Shown one piece after another: positions 29,012 to 39,150 of a stretch of DNA of 64,000 nt. The position numbers and the translations under genes are program-made. The stretch's first letter is position 1. Each line of letters starts with the position of its first letter. The DNA is taken from positions 448,001-512,000 of the forward strand of contig OZ241865.1 of the NCBI GenBank assembly GCA_965203275.1. The letters are read 5' to 3'. The DNA is from Bdellovibrionales bacterium (GTDB lineage: Bacteria; Bdellovibrionota; Bdellovibrionia; Bdellovibrionales; JAUICD01). Below the pieces are notes generated by a model, which was not told the DNA's origin, ran no database searches, and worked only from the letters and a program-made list of their open reading frames with translations.

Positions 29012-31447
29012 TTAAATAGCCGCTGGGAACTTAGTTGATGGTTTTCTTCTGACTGTAGCGGTCCGTGGTGTCAGCTTAACAGGTTTGGCTTTTTTCTCAA
29101 GGGCAATAGCTAACACTTCATCAATATGCTTAACAGGTATAAAGTTCAGTTTTTGTCTAAACTCCTTTGGAATATCTACTAAGTCTTTTGTATTTTGGAA
29201 AGGGATAATCACGCTTTTTGAGCCATGCCTTAATGCAGCAAGGGCTTTATCTTTTAATCCACCAATAGCTAAAATGCGACCTGTTAAAGTCACCTCACCT
29301 GTCATAGCCACATCACTTCTCACACTTGTTTCTGTAATCAAAGAAATAATAGCAGTAGCAATAGCAATACCAGCTGATGGTCCATCTTTTGAAATAGCAC
29401 CTGCGGGCAAATGAATATGAATTTCATGTTCTCTAAACCATTTGTCAGGTATGCCCAAAGCCTTTGCATTGGCTCTTGTATAAGCCAGTGCAGCTTGTGC
29501 TGATTCTTTCATTATATCTCCTAATTGCCCGGTCAGAGTGATCTTACTTTTGCCCTTCATTTTAAGTGCTTCAATGTATAAAATCTCTCCTCCTACAGAG
29601 GTCCAAGCAAGCCCTGTCACTACACCTATGCGATCTTCGTTTTCCATATCATCTCTGATAAACTTTGCTGGCCCTAAGAATTTCTCTACATTACTAGATT
29701 TAATAATATGCTTTTTATTTTGATTTTCTTCCCCATTAACAACTATTTTAGTGGCAACCTTACGGCAAATGCTCCCTATCTCACGTTCTAAGTTTCTCAA
29801 ACCTGCTTCCCTTGTATAATTAGAGATAATGGTTTGTAATCCATTATCTGTAAAATCTATGTTCTTATCTACAACACCATTAGCTTCTAATTGTTTTTTA
29901 ATAAGATGTTTTTTAGAAATAAATAATTTTTCTTGTTCAGTATATCCAGAAAGATTAATCACCTCCATACGATCTCTTAAAACACGTGGTATATTTTCCA
30001 ACACATTGGCTGTGGCAAGAAACATCACCTTACTTAAATCAAAATTCACATTTAAGTAGTGATCCTTAAAAGTATGATTCTGCTCTGGATCTAAAACTTC
30101 TAAAAGAGCAGCACTGGGATCACCTCTAAAATCGTTTCCAAGTTTATCAATTTCATCTAAAACAAAAACAGGGTTTTTAGAACCTACAGTTTTAAGAGCT
30201 TGTATAATCTTCCCTGGCATAGCTCCCACATACGTACGTCGATGTCCTCTGATCTCAGCTTCATCTTTTATACCACCTAGAGCTACTCGTTCATATTTAC
30301 GCCCCATAGCTTTAGCAATACTTTTTCCAAGCGAAGTTTTCCCAACGCCTGGAGGACCTGCAAAGCATAAAATAGGCCCTTTCATGTCTTTTTTAAGTTG
30401 TCTGACGGCTAAAAACTCTAAAATTCTTTCTTTGATTTTTTCAATACCATAGTGATCTGTATCTAAAATTTCTCGAGCATGCTTTAAATTAAGGTTATCG
30501 ACTGTCTCATGCTTCCAAGGTAGTTCAATACACCAATCTAAATAAGTACGCAGAATAGAATTTTCGCTTGCATCAGGATGTGTTTTAGAGAGTCGATGTA
30601 GCTGTTTGAGACATTCTTTTTCCACATCCTTTGGCATGCCTGCTTGTTTGATATGATCTCTTAATTCCTCAATGTCTTCACCTTTATAATCCATCTCCCC
30701 TAACTCACTTTGAATAGCACGTAGCTGTTCTCTTAAGAAATATTCTTTCTGTGTTTTGTTCATCTCATCTTTGGCTGTATTTTTTATCTTTTCTTGCATG
30801 GCTAAAACTTCTAACTCATTTGTAAGGTATTCTAAGACAATCTTCAGACGAGTCGTAGGATCATCTGTTTCAAGTATTCTTTGGGCATCCGGCACTTTTA
30901 AATTAAGGTTGCTGGCCACAAGATCAGCTGTTCTGCCAGGATGCACGACATCATCTAGCACCAATAAAATATCTGGTGAGAGCATCTTGCCATGTGCAAT
31001 GATTTTTTCTAAAAGGTCTTTGAGGCTTCGAATAAGAGCTTCTGCTTCTAGTTGATCATGATCAGGTATGTGTATTTCTCCTTCTTTGGGGAAACACCGA
31101 ACTTTAACTTCTAAATAAGGATGGTTGTGAATATAAGATGTGATTTGTGCTTTAGAGATACCTTGTATTAGTATTTTGATTCTTCCATCAGGTAATCTAC
31201 GCATTCTTGTGATCATAGCCACTGTTCCTATATTGAATATGGACTCACAAGTAGGATTTTCCTCTGTGATATCTTTTTGAGATGATAAAAAAATCAACCT
31301 ATTACGGGATAATGATTCCTCTACTGCTTTAATAGAAGACTCACGCCCTATAAACAAGGGTAAAATCATATAAGGAAAAACTACGATATCTCTGACCGGT
31401 AATAAGGGCATATTTTCAGAAATTTCTACATTGAGTTCGTCAAACAT
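29012..31447 (-). CDS. lon: ATP-dependent protease La
   Basis: LON N domain, GPPGVGKTS, HRRTYVGAMPG, KDGPSAG catalytic Ser, IGGLKDK. Confidence 0.98.
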   Translation of the reverse strand: MFDELNVEISENMPLLPVRDIVVFPYMILPLFIGRESSIKAVEESLSRNRLIFLSSQKDITEENPTCESIFNIGTVAMITRMRRLPDGRIKILIQGISKAQITSYIHNHPYLEVKVRCFPKEGEIHIPDHDQLEAEALIRSLKDLLEKIIAHGKMLSPDILLVLDDVVHPGRTADLVASNLNLKVPDAQRILETDDPTTRLKIVLEYLTNELEVLAMQEKIKNTAKDEMNKTQKEYFLREQLRAIQSELGEMDYKGEDIEELRDHIKQAGMPKDVEKECLKQLHRLSKTHPDASENSILRTYLDWCIELPWKHETVDNLNLKHAREILDTDHYGIEKIKERILEFLAVRQLKKDMKGPILCFAGPPGVGKTSLGKSIAKAMGRKYERVALGGIKDEAEIRGHRRTYVGAMPGKIIQALKTVGSKNPVFVLDEIDKLGNDFRGDPSAALLEVLDPEQNHTFKDHYLNVNFDLSKVMFLATANVLENIPRVLRDRMEVINLSGYTEQEKLFISKKHLIKKQLEANGVVDKNIDFTDNGLQTIISNYTREAGLRNLEREIGSICRKVATKIVVNGEENQNKKHIIKSSNVEKFLGPAKFIRDDMENEDRIGVVTGLAWTSVGGEILYIEALKMKGKSKITLTGQLGDIMKESAQAALAYTRANAKALGIPDKWFREHEIHIHLPAGAISKDGPSAGIAIATAIISLITETSVRSDVAMTGEVTLTGRILAIGGLKDKALAALRHGSKSVIIPFQNTKDLVDIPKEFRQKLNFIPVKHIDEVLAIALEKKAKPVKLTPRTATVRRKPSTKFPAAI

Positions 31448-32078
31448 ACTTAAACCTTCCTTTCTCTATGGAGTTGTTATCATTTTTTGTTGTACCTCTT
31501 TTAAAATTATTCGGTTCTATTATGAAATGGCTTAAGGGAAAAAAGACCGAAAAATGACTTGATTTCTAACAAATAAACACAAATATTTAACACTAAAAGA
31601 CAGTTTTTAAGACGTAAGATGAATTTCATACCCTCTCAATACATAAAATATATTCTTTTGATTTTTGTGATATGGTTTTTTGTGTAGGTCGCTTCAATTT
31701 TCTGATTCTGTAAGAATGATCACTCTGCGGAGTCTTATGCTTTTTTAGCAAAGAAAAAGTGTCTCATTTTTAAACACTCTCTGAAAAAAAAAGTGTTCAA
31801 AAGGTGATTGTCTAAAAAATTTACATATTTTGATGAAAAAAAATATTTTTTTCTAAAGTTTACGCTCAAAGGACCGATGAGATTATTATTTATTGACACA
31901 AATATAGCAAAATTTTTAAGCAACATAAGTTTTAGCATAAATTCTTACTTTATCAACTTAGATAATTTTAATAAATTAACCCTTTTCAAGGGTGTATTTG
32001 TCACAAGTCAAAAAGGTAAGAAAGAACAATTAAGAGGATCAATTAAATTATTAATAAAAGAATTCAGAGGGGATATTT

Positions 32079-32471
32079 ATGTTTGCTCATTCAAAAGATT
32101 TTTTTTCAAAGGAATTTATAGAAGAATGCCATCAAAGCTTATTAGAACAGAAAACGAAGCTTATGAATAGATCTCGTTCTAACCATGAAGAACTGAGAAG
32201 ACACAGCACGGAGAGAGGAGGGGATGAAACAGATTTGGCAGTTAAAAGTTCGATGGAATCAGGAATTGTGCATAATCAACATCGTTTACGGCACCAGCTT
32301 TTAGAGATAGAAGTCGCTCTATCAAAGATTGCTGAGGGGACTTATGGAATCTGTGAAGAGACGGAAGAACCTATTGAAGTTAAAAGACTTCAGGCTATTC
32401 CTTGGACAAGGTTTAGTATTGAAGGAGCTGAGATTAGAGAGTCTGTTCAAAAGCAATATCATGCAGGATAA
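32079..32471 (+). CDS. TraR/DksA family transcription factor (single Cys)
   Basis: Coiled coil with GDETD tip, ALSKIAEGTYGICEETEEPIEVKRLQAIPW; GAGGGG SD. Confidence 0.88.
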   Translation: MFAHSKDFFSKEFIEECHQSLLEQKTKLMNRSRSNHEELRRHSTERGGDETDLAVKSSMESGIVHNQHRLRHQLLEIEVALSKIAEGTYGICEETEEPIEVKRLQAIPWTRFSIEGAEIRESVQKQYHAG

Positions 32472-32692
32472 AAACCTACCTTGATCATCACAATCAACGT
32501 GAGCAAGACGAAAGAATAGCATCAAATTTCTTGTTGTCTTTGTCTAAAAAACATTTAAAAATTAAATGGTTAGGCTTATCCATTGTATTATGAAATATGA
32601 GTTTTTTTATTTTGAGTCATCTATTTGAGTCATCTATACGATAGCCTACTTAAGACATAAGAACATTTATTCAAGTCAAGTCAAAATGCATT

Positions 32693-34138
32693 TTGAGGAA
32701 AATCATAATGAAAAATTGGTACACTACAAACTTAGGTAAAGTAGAAGGTCCATTTTCCTTATCACAAATAGAACTTAAAATTCAACAAAAAGAAATCTAT
32801 CCAGAAGATTTAATTTATCGCTCCGGAGAAAAAGAATGGATACCTATTAAGGATCGGTGGCAGTTTCAAAAGATCATTCTTAGAAGTCGTATTTCTCATA
32901 ATAAAGACATTCCTAAAAAAGATTGGACTGTTTATCAGAAGTATCTCAAACAGAAAGCAACATCTCCTCTTGCTTTTCAGTATGCTTCTTATAGTACAAA
33001 AGAAGTCATCAAAGCTTTACATAAAGGAGAGATATCTTATTCTGACTGGATTTGGACTGAAGGCATGAAAGAATGGCAAATGATTCGTCATTTACCTCAA
33101 TTCAATCATTTTATATCTCACAAATTTAAAAAACATAAGAAGCCTGTAGATTTAGGACAGGTCAGTGATACAGAATTACGTCAATCAGTGGTTCAAGCAA
33201 AACCTCCATCTTCTATAATATCTTCTTTAATAGACACAGAAAGACCATCTGAAGTTACTAGTTCTAATTTAGCAAAACAATTTGTTGATCTTCGTTTTTA
33301 TAACAAAACACCATTAAGGAAAAATAAAATTGTTATGTCTTTGGCTTCTTTGTTTATTATTGTGGGTTTGGTTATGTTATCTTTTTTTACAGACTCTTCA
33401 CAGCAAGTGCAGAAATTATTATCAGAAAAACCTTTTATCTTAGAATATAATGTTTTACACAATGGCTTAGAAATACATTTTCAATCAAGACAACAAACTG
33501 AAGAGACAATACAATTAAAAATCAAGAATAAAGAAAACCAAATTTTAAGTACCAATAACTTTGAACGCAATGTTTTGATTCGATTAGATAAAAATGGTCA
33601 GGCTATTTTACGTTTAGATCATTTAAGCTTACCAGAGGGTTATTATTATTTTTCAGGTCAAATAGCAGAGGCTTCTTTTAGTCATAGTTTTTTTATTGGA
33701 GAAGATAAAGACAACTTTGCTTATAACTTATCTGAATTTCGTAGAATCAGACAAGAAGAAAAAAAGAAACTTGAAAACATTAAAAAAAAGGTTATGGCTA
33801 AAACTATTCCTCGCATTCCTAAAGGTATGAAGAGTTTTTATGGTCAGATCAGAGAGTTAGAAAAAGGTTATGATCGTTATCATAAAAGTATAGAAGAATG
33901 GAGAATATTTTATTCTTCTTGGGAGGAGGCCTTGCATGAAATTGACTCATTAGATTTAGAAAAGCAATCATTGGATATAGGCTTAGTACAGGAATTGCAA
34001 AACATAGAGCAAGATTTAAAAATGATGAGTCAAAATATGGATCAATCTATAAAAGAACAAAATTTAAAAGAGTTTTCTCTTCTATCTCCACAAGTGGCTG
34101 TCTTTTTAGAGAAAGTCAAAAACCAACAATCATTTTAA
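32693..34138 (+). CDS. GYF_2/DUF4339 domain membrane protein
   Basis: WY......EGPFS, LIYRSGEKEW and WIWTEGMKEW..I..LPQF repeats; central TM helix; start may be ATG 32708. Confidence 0.8.
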   Translation: MRKIIMKNWYTTNLGKVEGPFSLSQIELKIQQKEIYPEDLIYRSGEKEWIPIKDRWQFQKIILRSRISHNKDIPKKDWTVYQKYLKQKATSPLAFQYASYSTKEVIKALHKGEISYSDWIWTEGMKEWQMIRHLPQFNHFISHKFKKHKKPVDLGQVSDTELRQSVVQAKPPSSIISSLIDTERPSEVTSSNLAKQFVDLRFYNKTPLRKNKIVMSLASLFIIVGLVMLSFFTDSSQQVQKLLSEKPFILEYNVLHNGLEIHFQSRQQTEETIQLKIKNKENQILSTNNFERNVLIRLDKNGQAILRLDHLSLPEGYYYFSGQIAEASFSHSFFIGEDKDNFAYNLSEFRRIRQEEKKKLENIKKKVMAKTIPRIPKGMKSFYGQIRELEKGYDRYHKSIEEWRIFYSSWEEALHEIDSLDLEKQSLDIGLVQELQNIEQDLKMMSQNMDQSIKEQNLKEFSLLSPQVAVFLEKVKNQQSF

Positions 34139-34411
34139 AGTTGACTTTGAACACTATGTATAAGGCATTTATAAAGAAACTACAAAAGAAGCACAATAAA
34201 TGCAGGAAGGCTTTTTATGAAATTATGAAATTTCTTATGGATCACAATAATTCATTAGAAAAATCTAAGAAATTTATCTTTCATCAAGTGTGTCTGGAAA
34301 AAAGGAACATATACATCAAAATTCAAGATAGAGATGAAATGAGAATATTTGCAAAGTGAAGAGAGTAGAAAGTTTAAAAATCATTAAATTCAACTCAAAC
34401 AAGATGCAGAG

Positions 34412-36112
34412 ATGTTGTTAGAAATAAAGAAAAGCCTTGCAGAAAGTTTATTGCCATTGTTTCAAGGGACATCTTGGCAAAAAGAAGACATTGAAAAAAT
34501 ACTGACACTGCCAAAACTTTTTTCACACGGGCATTTAGCACTTCCTGTCTTTACACTAGCAAAAGAACTGAAAAAATCACCACAAGAAATAGCTTCTAAA
34601 ATAACTCAAGAAGTTCAAATGCAAAATATCAATGGGGTGACAAACATCAAAGCTATTGGTGGTTTTGTAAATTTTCATTTCTCTAGTAGCTATCTTGCTC
34701 AAATTTTATGTCGATTTGTCTTTAGTAAACCTAACGATCAAACACAACAAAAACCTTCAAAGAAAATCATTATAGAATATTCTTCCCCTAATGTAGCGAA
34801 ACCATTGGGCATAGGTCACCTGAGGGCCACTGTCATTGGGCAAGCACTTTGTCATTTAGCTCACACACAGGGTTTTCAAGTGATTAGATGGAATCATCTT
34901 GGAGATTGGGGTGTGCAGTTTGGTCATTTGGTCCATGCTTATCAAAAATGGCACCATGAGTACTCATTTGAAAAAGAACCTCTCGAGTCCCTCTACAAAT
35001 TATATGTGCGATTTCATAATGAAATGAAAACTCATCCTGAGCTTAAGGACAAAGGAGAAGAGTGCTTTAAAAAACTAGAATCTGGAGATCCTGAAATAAC
35101 TCAGCTTTGGAAATTATTTATCTCTATCACAACAAAAGAACATGAAAAACTTTATAATCTTTTAGATGTTCAATTTGATATTGTCCAAGGAGAGTCTTTT
35201 TATAATGATCAATTAGACGCCACTGTCAAAAGAATTCAAGACGCTGGTTGCCTGCAAGAAAGTCAGGGAGCTTCTGTGGTTTTTCTTAAAAATGGTCCTC
35301 CTTGCATTATCAAAAAATCAGATGGATCTTCAATCTATGCTACGAGAGATATTGCCAGTGCTATCTATCGCCATGAAGTCATCAAAGCAGATAGAATATT
35401 ATATGTTGTAGGGTCTGAACAGTCTCTCCATTTCAAACAAATATTTGAAGTACTCGATCAAATGAAATATGAATGGGCTAAGAACTGTCATCATATTGCC
35501 TTTGGTCTTTACCACTTTAGAGATAGTAAAATGTCAACAAGAACTGGCAATGTGATCTTTATGGAAGATGTTCTTAATGAGGCTATTTCCAGGACTTCAC
35601 ATATCATAGAGACTAAAAACCCTCAAATTTCAAACAAAGCAGAGGTTGCAAAACAAGTGGGTATAGGAGCTGTGATCTTCAATGACCTAATGTGCGACCG
35701 TATCAAAAACATTGATTTTAATTGGTCTAATGTGTTGAACTTTGAGGGGGATAGCGGTCCTTATGTTCAATATTCTCTTGTTCGTTGTCGGAGTCTTCTT
35801 AAAAAATATACAAAAGAAATACTTCCTTATTTTAAACAAAATCTTACAACACAAGAAGAAATGCAAATATTAGTGATGTTAGTTACTTTTTCAGAAATTC
35901 TACAACAAGCATGGAGAACATTTAAGCCTCATATTTTAGCTCAATATGTATTGAAACTATGTCAAGAATTTAGTTCTTTTTATAATAAGCATAGAATTTT
36001 AGGAGAAGATCCGGATATAGAAGCAAGTAGAATGACTCTTGTGTATTGCATTGAACATATTTTAAGTCAGAGTCTTGGTATTTTAGGAGTACCTACTCCT
36101 TCAGAGATGTAA
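34412..36112 (+). CDS. argS: Arginine--tRNA ligase
   Basis: EYSSPNVAKPLGIGHLR, HLGDWG.QFG, KSDG...YATRD, KMSTRTG, FEGDSGPYVQY. Confidence 0.97.
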   Translation: MLLEIKKSLAESLLPLFQGTSWQKEDIEKILTLPKLFSHGHLALPVFTLAKELKKSPQEIASKITQEVQMQNINGVTNIKAIGGFVNFHFSSSYLAQILCRFVFSKPNDQTQQKPSKKIIIEYSSPNVAKPLGIGHLRATVIGQALCHLAHTQGFQVIRWNHLGDWGVQFGHLVHAYQKWHHEYSFEKEPLESLYKLYVRFHNEMKTHPELKDKGEECFKKLESGDPEITQLWKLFISITTKEHEKLYNLLDVQFDIVQGESFYNDQLDATVKRIQDAGCLQESQGASVVFLKNGPPCIIKKSDGSSIYATRDIASAIYRHEVIKADRILYVVGSEQSLHFKQIFEVLDQMKYEWAKNCHHIAFGLYHFRDSKMSTRTGNVIFMEDVLNEAISRTSHIIETKNPQISNKAEVAKQVGIGAVIFNDLMCDRIKNIDFNWSNVLNFEGDSGPYVQYSLVRCRSLLKKYTKEILPYFKQNLTTQEEMQILVMLVTFSEILQQAWRTFKPHILAQYVLKLCQEFSSFYNKHRILGEDPDIEASRMTLVYCIEHILSQSLGILGVPTPSEM

Positions 36113-36120
36113 AATTATTT

Positions 36121-37036
36121 TGGGATCCGGGATCCGGCATCTGGGATCTGGCATCCGGGATCCGGGATCTGGCATCCAAAGGAACTGTTTCCTTAACATA
36201 ATGTTAAGAGACGAAGAGATCCTTTCTACTCAAAGTGAACAAGCTTTTGAGGCGATGACCATTTTGTCAAAGGCGAAAGCCTTTGCGGTCATCGCCCAAA
36301 AGTGACCAGAGGTCAGTTCACTTTGAGTGAAACAAAACGAACTTTTTCCTTAACATCGTGTTAAAAAATGAGGAGATCCTCCCTACTCAAAATGAGCAGT
36401 TTTTTTGCGGCATTGCTCTTTTTAGACAGCGTAAGCTGTCAGAGCAAACATCCGAAGGAAATCTTTTTCCTTAACATGCTGTTAAGAAATGAGGACATCC
36501 TTCTTCCTAAAATTGAACAAGCTTTTGAGGGAGTTAGCCTTTGATCGACGACGATAGCCAAAAGGTGTAAGAAAGAACTTTTTCCTTAACATGGAGTTAA
36601 GGGACGAAGGGATCCTCCCTACTAAAAGTGGTCAAGCTTTCTAGGCAATGACCATTTTGCCAATGGCGAAAGCCATTGCGGTCATTGCCAGAAAGTAGCC
36701 AGAGGCTAGACCACTTTTAGTGAGCCAATGCCCAAAAACAGCCAGAGGCTGGTTTACTTTTAGTGAGACAACTCCTCCAGCCTGCCCCCGCCTCCCACTC
36801 ATAATAATATTTATGTTTTTTGAAAATTACGCAGAATCTAAAAAAAATAAAAAAAACAAAAAAACGAACTTTTTCCTTAACATCGTGTTAAAAAATGAGG
36901 AGATCCTCCCTACTCAAAGTGAACAGGCTTTTGAGACAATGACCACTTTGTCAAAGGCGAAAGCCTTTGCGGTCATTGTCCAAAAGTGGCCAGAGGCCAG
37001 TTCACTTTGAGTGAAACAGACCACTTTGAGTGAAAC
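36121..37036 (+). repeat. Modular array: heptamers, full elements 36228-36332, 36621-36723, 36912-37016, partial copies and module C
   Basis: Begins 8 bp after the argS stop; same modules as other arrays. Confidence 0.9.
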
Positions 37037-37138
37037 AACGCACCGCATTATCAGCATAGAGTAAAGAGAAAATATCTTGTTTTTTTTAACATAGTGTGTT
37101 AAAAGACATCTTTGTTTAACAAGCAAAGAGATGTACAA

Positions 37139-38839
37139 GTGACGAAAAAATATATTTTATCTTATTTATTGTTTATTGTTTTGCTGACTGCCAGTGGTTC
37201 TGTAGGGGGGAGGGCCAGTGGTTCTGTAGGGAGGGGGGCTTGTGCTGAAAGCCTTATGGTACACGGACAACTTGACGGCAGAACTTTAAGAGAGCTTGCT
37301 CCTAGCTCTCAATATATGTTACATAAAGCTTCGTTAATAGCTTATGCTTCTGGGTCTCAAACAGTGAACGCAAAACACATTCTTCTGGCAGCTTTGACGA
37401 GAGTTGAGACTTCAAATAAAAAGCTCAATCGCTTGAATATGCCAGATCCCATAGATAACACTCCACATTTTAATGGTATAGCTCTTGCTTTGAAAAAATA
37501 TATACATATAACTATGGATAGATTTGCTTCTCATTTTAAAGAAATAGAAGGAGTCCATTTAAGAAGATTTCAAGAAGCTCTCTTAAAGAGTTTACATATT
37601 CCGTTAAAGCCGTTACAACCTATTAAGTTTCCTGACTCCATCTTATTTGAGGTAAAAAATAATGATTTACTTGTTCTTCATTTAGGGGATCTAGATTTTA
37701 TACCTACCCTTATATATGATGAAAGTGCGATTGCTTTAATTAAGGTAGCCATTGTTTATACTAGAAGTGTCGCTTCGAGTTATGCTTCGAGGTATATGTA
37801 TGACATGAATGACGATAGACATATAAATTACAATAGAGAAGACAATTTCTATCCCTTACCAGTAACTCCAGAGTATTTCTTTCTTGCACTCCGTGGCAGA
37901 TATAGAAGAAATTCCTTTCTTGACATAGAGACACAAAAACTTCATGAACTTGTAGGGGATATATTTTTTGATATAGGAGTAGGAATAAGTTATTATTTTT
38001 TTGAGGACTTAGGGAGGATGGTGGCAAATGAACACAAACCTCTTATATTAAGTGCATTAAAGAAAGTAGATGAAGCAGTACAATTAGCTCTTAAGAAGGG
38101 TAGTATAAAAGAGGCAGCAGAGCAATTAGGCTTAACGTATAAAACTTTAAAAGGATGGGTTCTTCAAGATCCAGAAGCAAGTCATCAGCTAGGCCATCAA
38201 ACAAAAGAAGGTGAAGAAAAGGCAATACTTAGTCGCAAGTTAGAAGATCTCTTTGCAGGTCATCAGGAAGGTTTAACTTTAGAGCAGATAAAGGCTGGAA
38301 TATCAGAGTTTGCTAACATGTCAAATCAGACAATTTATAAAAGACTAAGAGAAAATGGATATGAAACTCAAGGAAAAGGAATCGGTCGATTTGGTTTATG
38401 GAATCATCAAGGCCATCAAACAAGAGGAAAGGCAAAACTTCGTCGCAAACTAGAAGCTCTCTTTGCAGGTCATCAGGAAGGTTTAACTTTAGAGCAGATA
38501 AAGGCTGGGATAAGAGAATTCGCTAACATGTCAAATTGGATCATTGAAAGAAGACTAATGGAAAATGGATATGAACGTCAAGGAAATAATCGGTTTGCTT
38601 TACGGGATCAGCAACAAGGCCATCAAACAAAAAAAGGTGAAGAAAAGGCAATACTTCGTCGCAAGTTAGAAGATCTCTTTGCAAATCATCAGGAAGGTTT
38701 AACTTTCGAGCAGATAAAGGCTGGAATATCAGAGTTCGCTAACATATCACGGGCGACAATTTATAAAAGACTAATGGAAAATGGATATGAGGCTCAAGGA
38801 CACGGTACGGTTGCTTTATGGTATCCGCAAGGCCATTAA
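37139..38839 (+). CDS. Hypothetical secreted protein: Clp-N-like repeats, HTH and three tandem winged-helix-like repeats
   Basis: GTG 37139 gives MTKKYILSYLLFIVLLTA signal-like N-terminus; KASLIA......VNAKHILLAAL; SIKEAAEQLGLTYKTLKGWV; 3 x ~65-70 aa RKLE.LFA.HQEGLT.EQIKAGI.EFAN.S...I..RL.ENGYE. Confidence 0.75.
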   Translation: MTKKYILSYLLFIVLLTASGSVGGRASGSVGRGACAESLMVHGQLDGRTLRELAPSSQYMLHKASLIAYASGSQTVNAKHILLAALTRVETSNKKLNRLNMPDPIDNTPHFNGIALALKKYIHITMDRFASHFKEIEGVHLRRFQEALLKSLHIPLKPLQPIKFPDSILFEVKNNDLLVLHLGDLDFIPTLIYDESAIALIKVAIVYTRSVASSYASRYMYDMNDDRHINYNREDNFYPLPVTPEYFFLALRGRYRRNSFLDIETQKLHELVGDIFFDIGVGISYYFFEDLGRMVANEHKPLILSALKKVDEAVQLALKKGSIKEAAEQLGLTYKTLKGWVLQDPEASHQLGHQTKEGEEKAILSRKLEDLFAGHQEGLTLEQIKAGISEFANMSNQTIYKRLRENGYETQGKGIGRFGLWNHQGHQTRGKAKLRRKLEALFAGHQEGLTLEQIKAGIREFANMSNWIIERRLMENGYERQGNNRFALRDQQQGHQTKKGEEKAILRRKLEDLFANHQEGLTFEQIKAGISEFANISRATIYKRLMENGYEAQGHGTVALWYPQGH

Positions 38840-38841
38840 CC

Positions 38842-39050
38842 CCAAAAAGATAAAGGTTTGTAAAAGCTAATGATATGAATGGGAAAGAGTCTGGTCTTAG
38901 GGCAATGATTTTGAAATTTAAGAAATAAATTGAAGATCCAGCTCAAAAGTAGCCAGAGGCTAGTTGACTTTTAGTGAAAAAGATAAGAAGGCGGTAGCCT
39001 TCAGCTGGCAACCAGAAAGTGACCAGAGGTCAGGCCACTTTTAGGGAAAC
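38842..39050 (+). repeat. Diverged right-hand ~100 bp of the 153-bp unit joined to two truncated element ends
   Basis: 38842-38945 matches the unit with a few substitutions and the same GATCCAGCTCA-AAAGT junction as 20453-20468. Confidence 0.88.
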
Positions 39051-39150
39051 AACACCCTCCCCCCTATTGAAAATTCGAGCTTGCCTAAGCAAAAAACATT
39101 TCTTAAAATAAATCCATTGTGTATAAAAACATTGATCAAAAGGAGTCAAC

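Noticed and set aside
31808..32170. 120-aa plus-strand ORF and opposing 67-aa ORF
   Set aside because: Very AT-rich, F/K/N-biased, overlaps the DksA-like start; more likely the lon/dksA divergent promoter region
32079..32471. Single-Cys DksA-like protein as a novelty
   Set aside because: Zinc-independent DksA variants are already known
34141..34359. 72-aa ORF upstream of argS
   Set aside because: TTG start, no SD, no recognisable motif; cannot be supported
36188..36210. dif/Xer site in module A (TTAACATAATGTTAA)
   Set aside because: Resembles a XerD arm, but the spacer is too short, there is no XerC arm and the motif is multicopy
36228..36332. Integron attC sites
   Set aside because: AAC/GTT occurs in some P1 variants but is replaced by GTC/GAC, AGC/GCT or CAT/ATG in others; the structure is branched and no integron integrase is present
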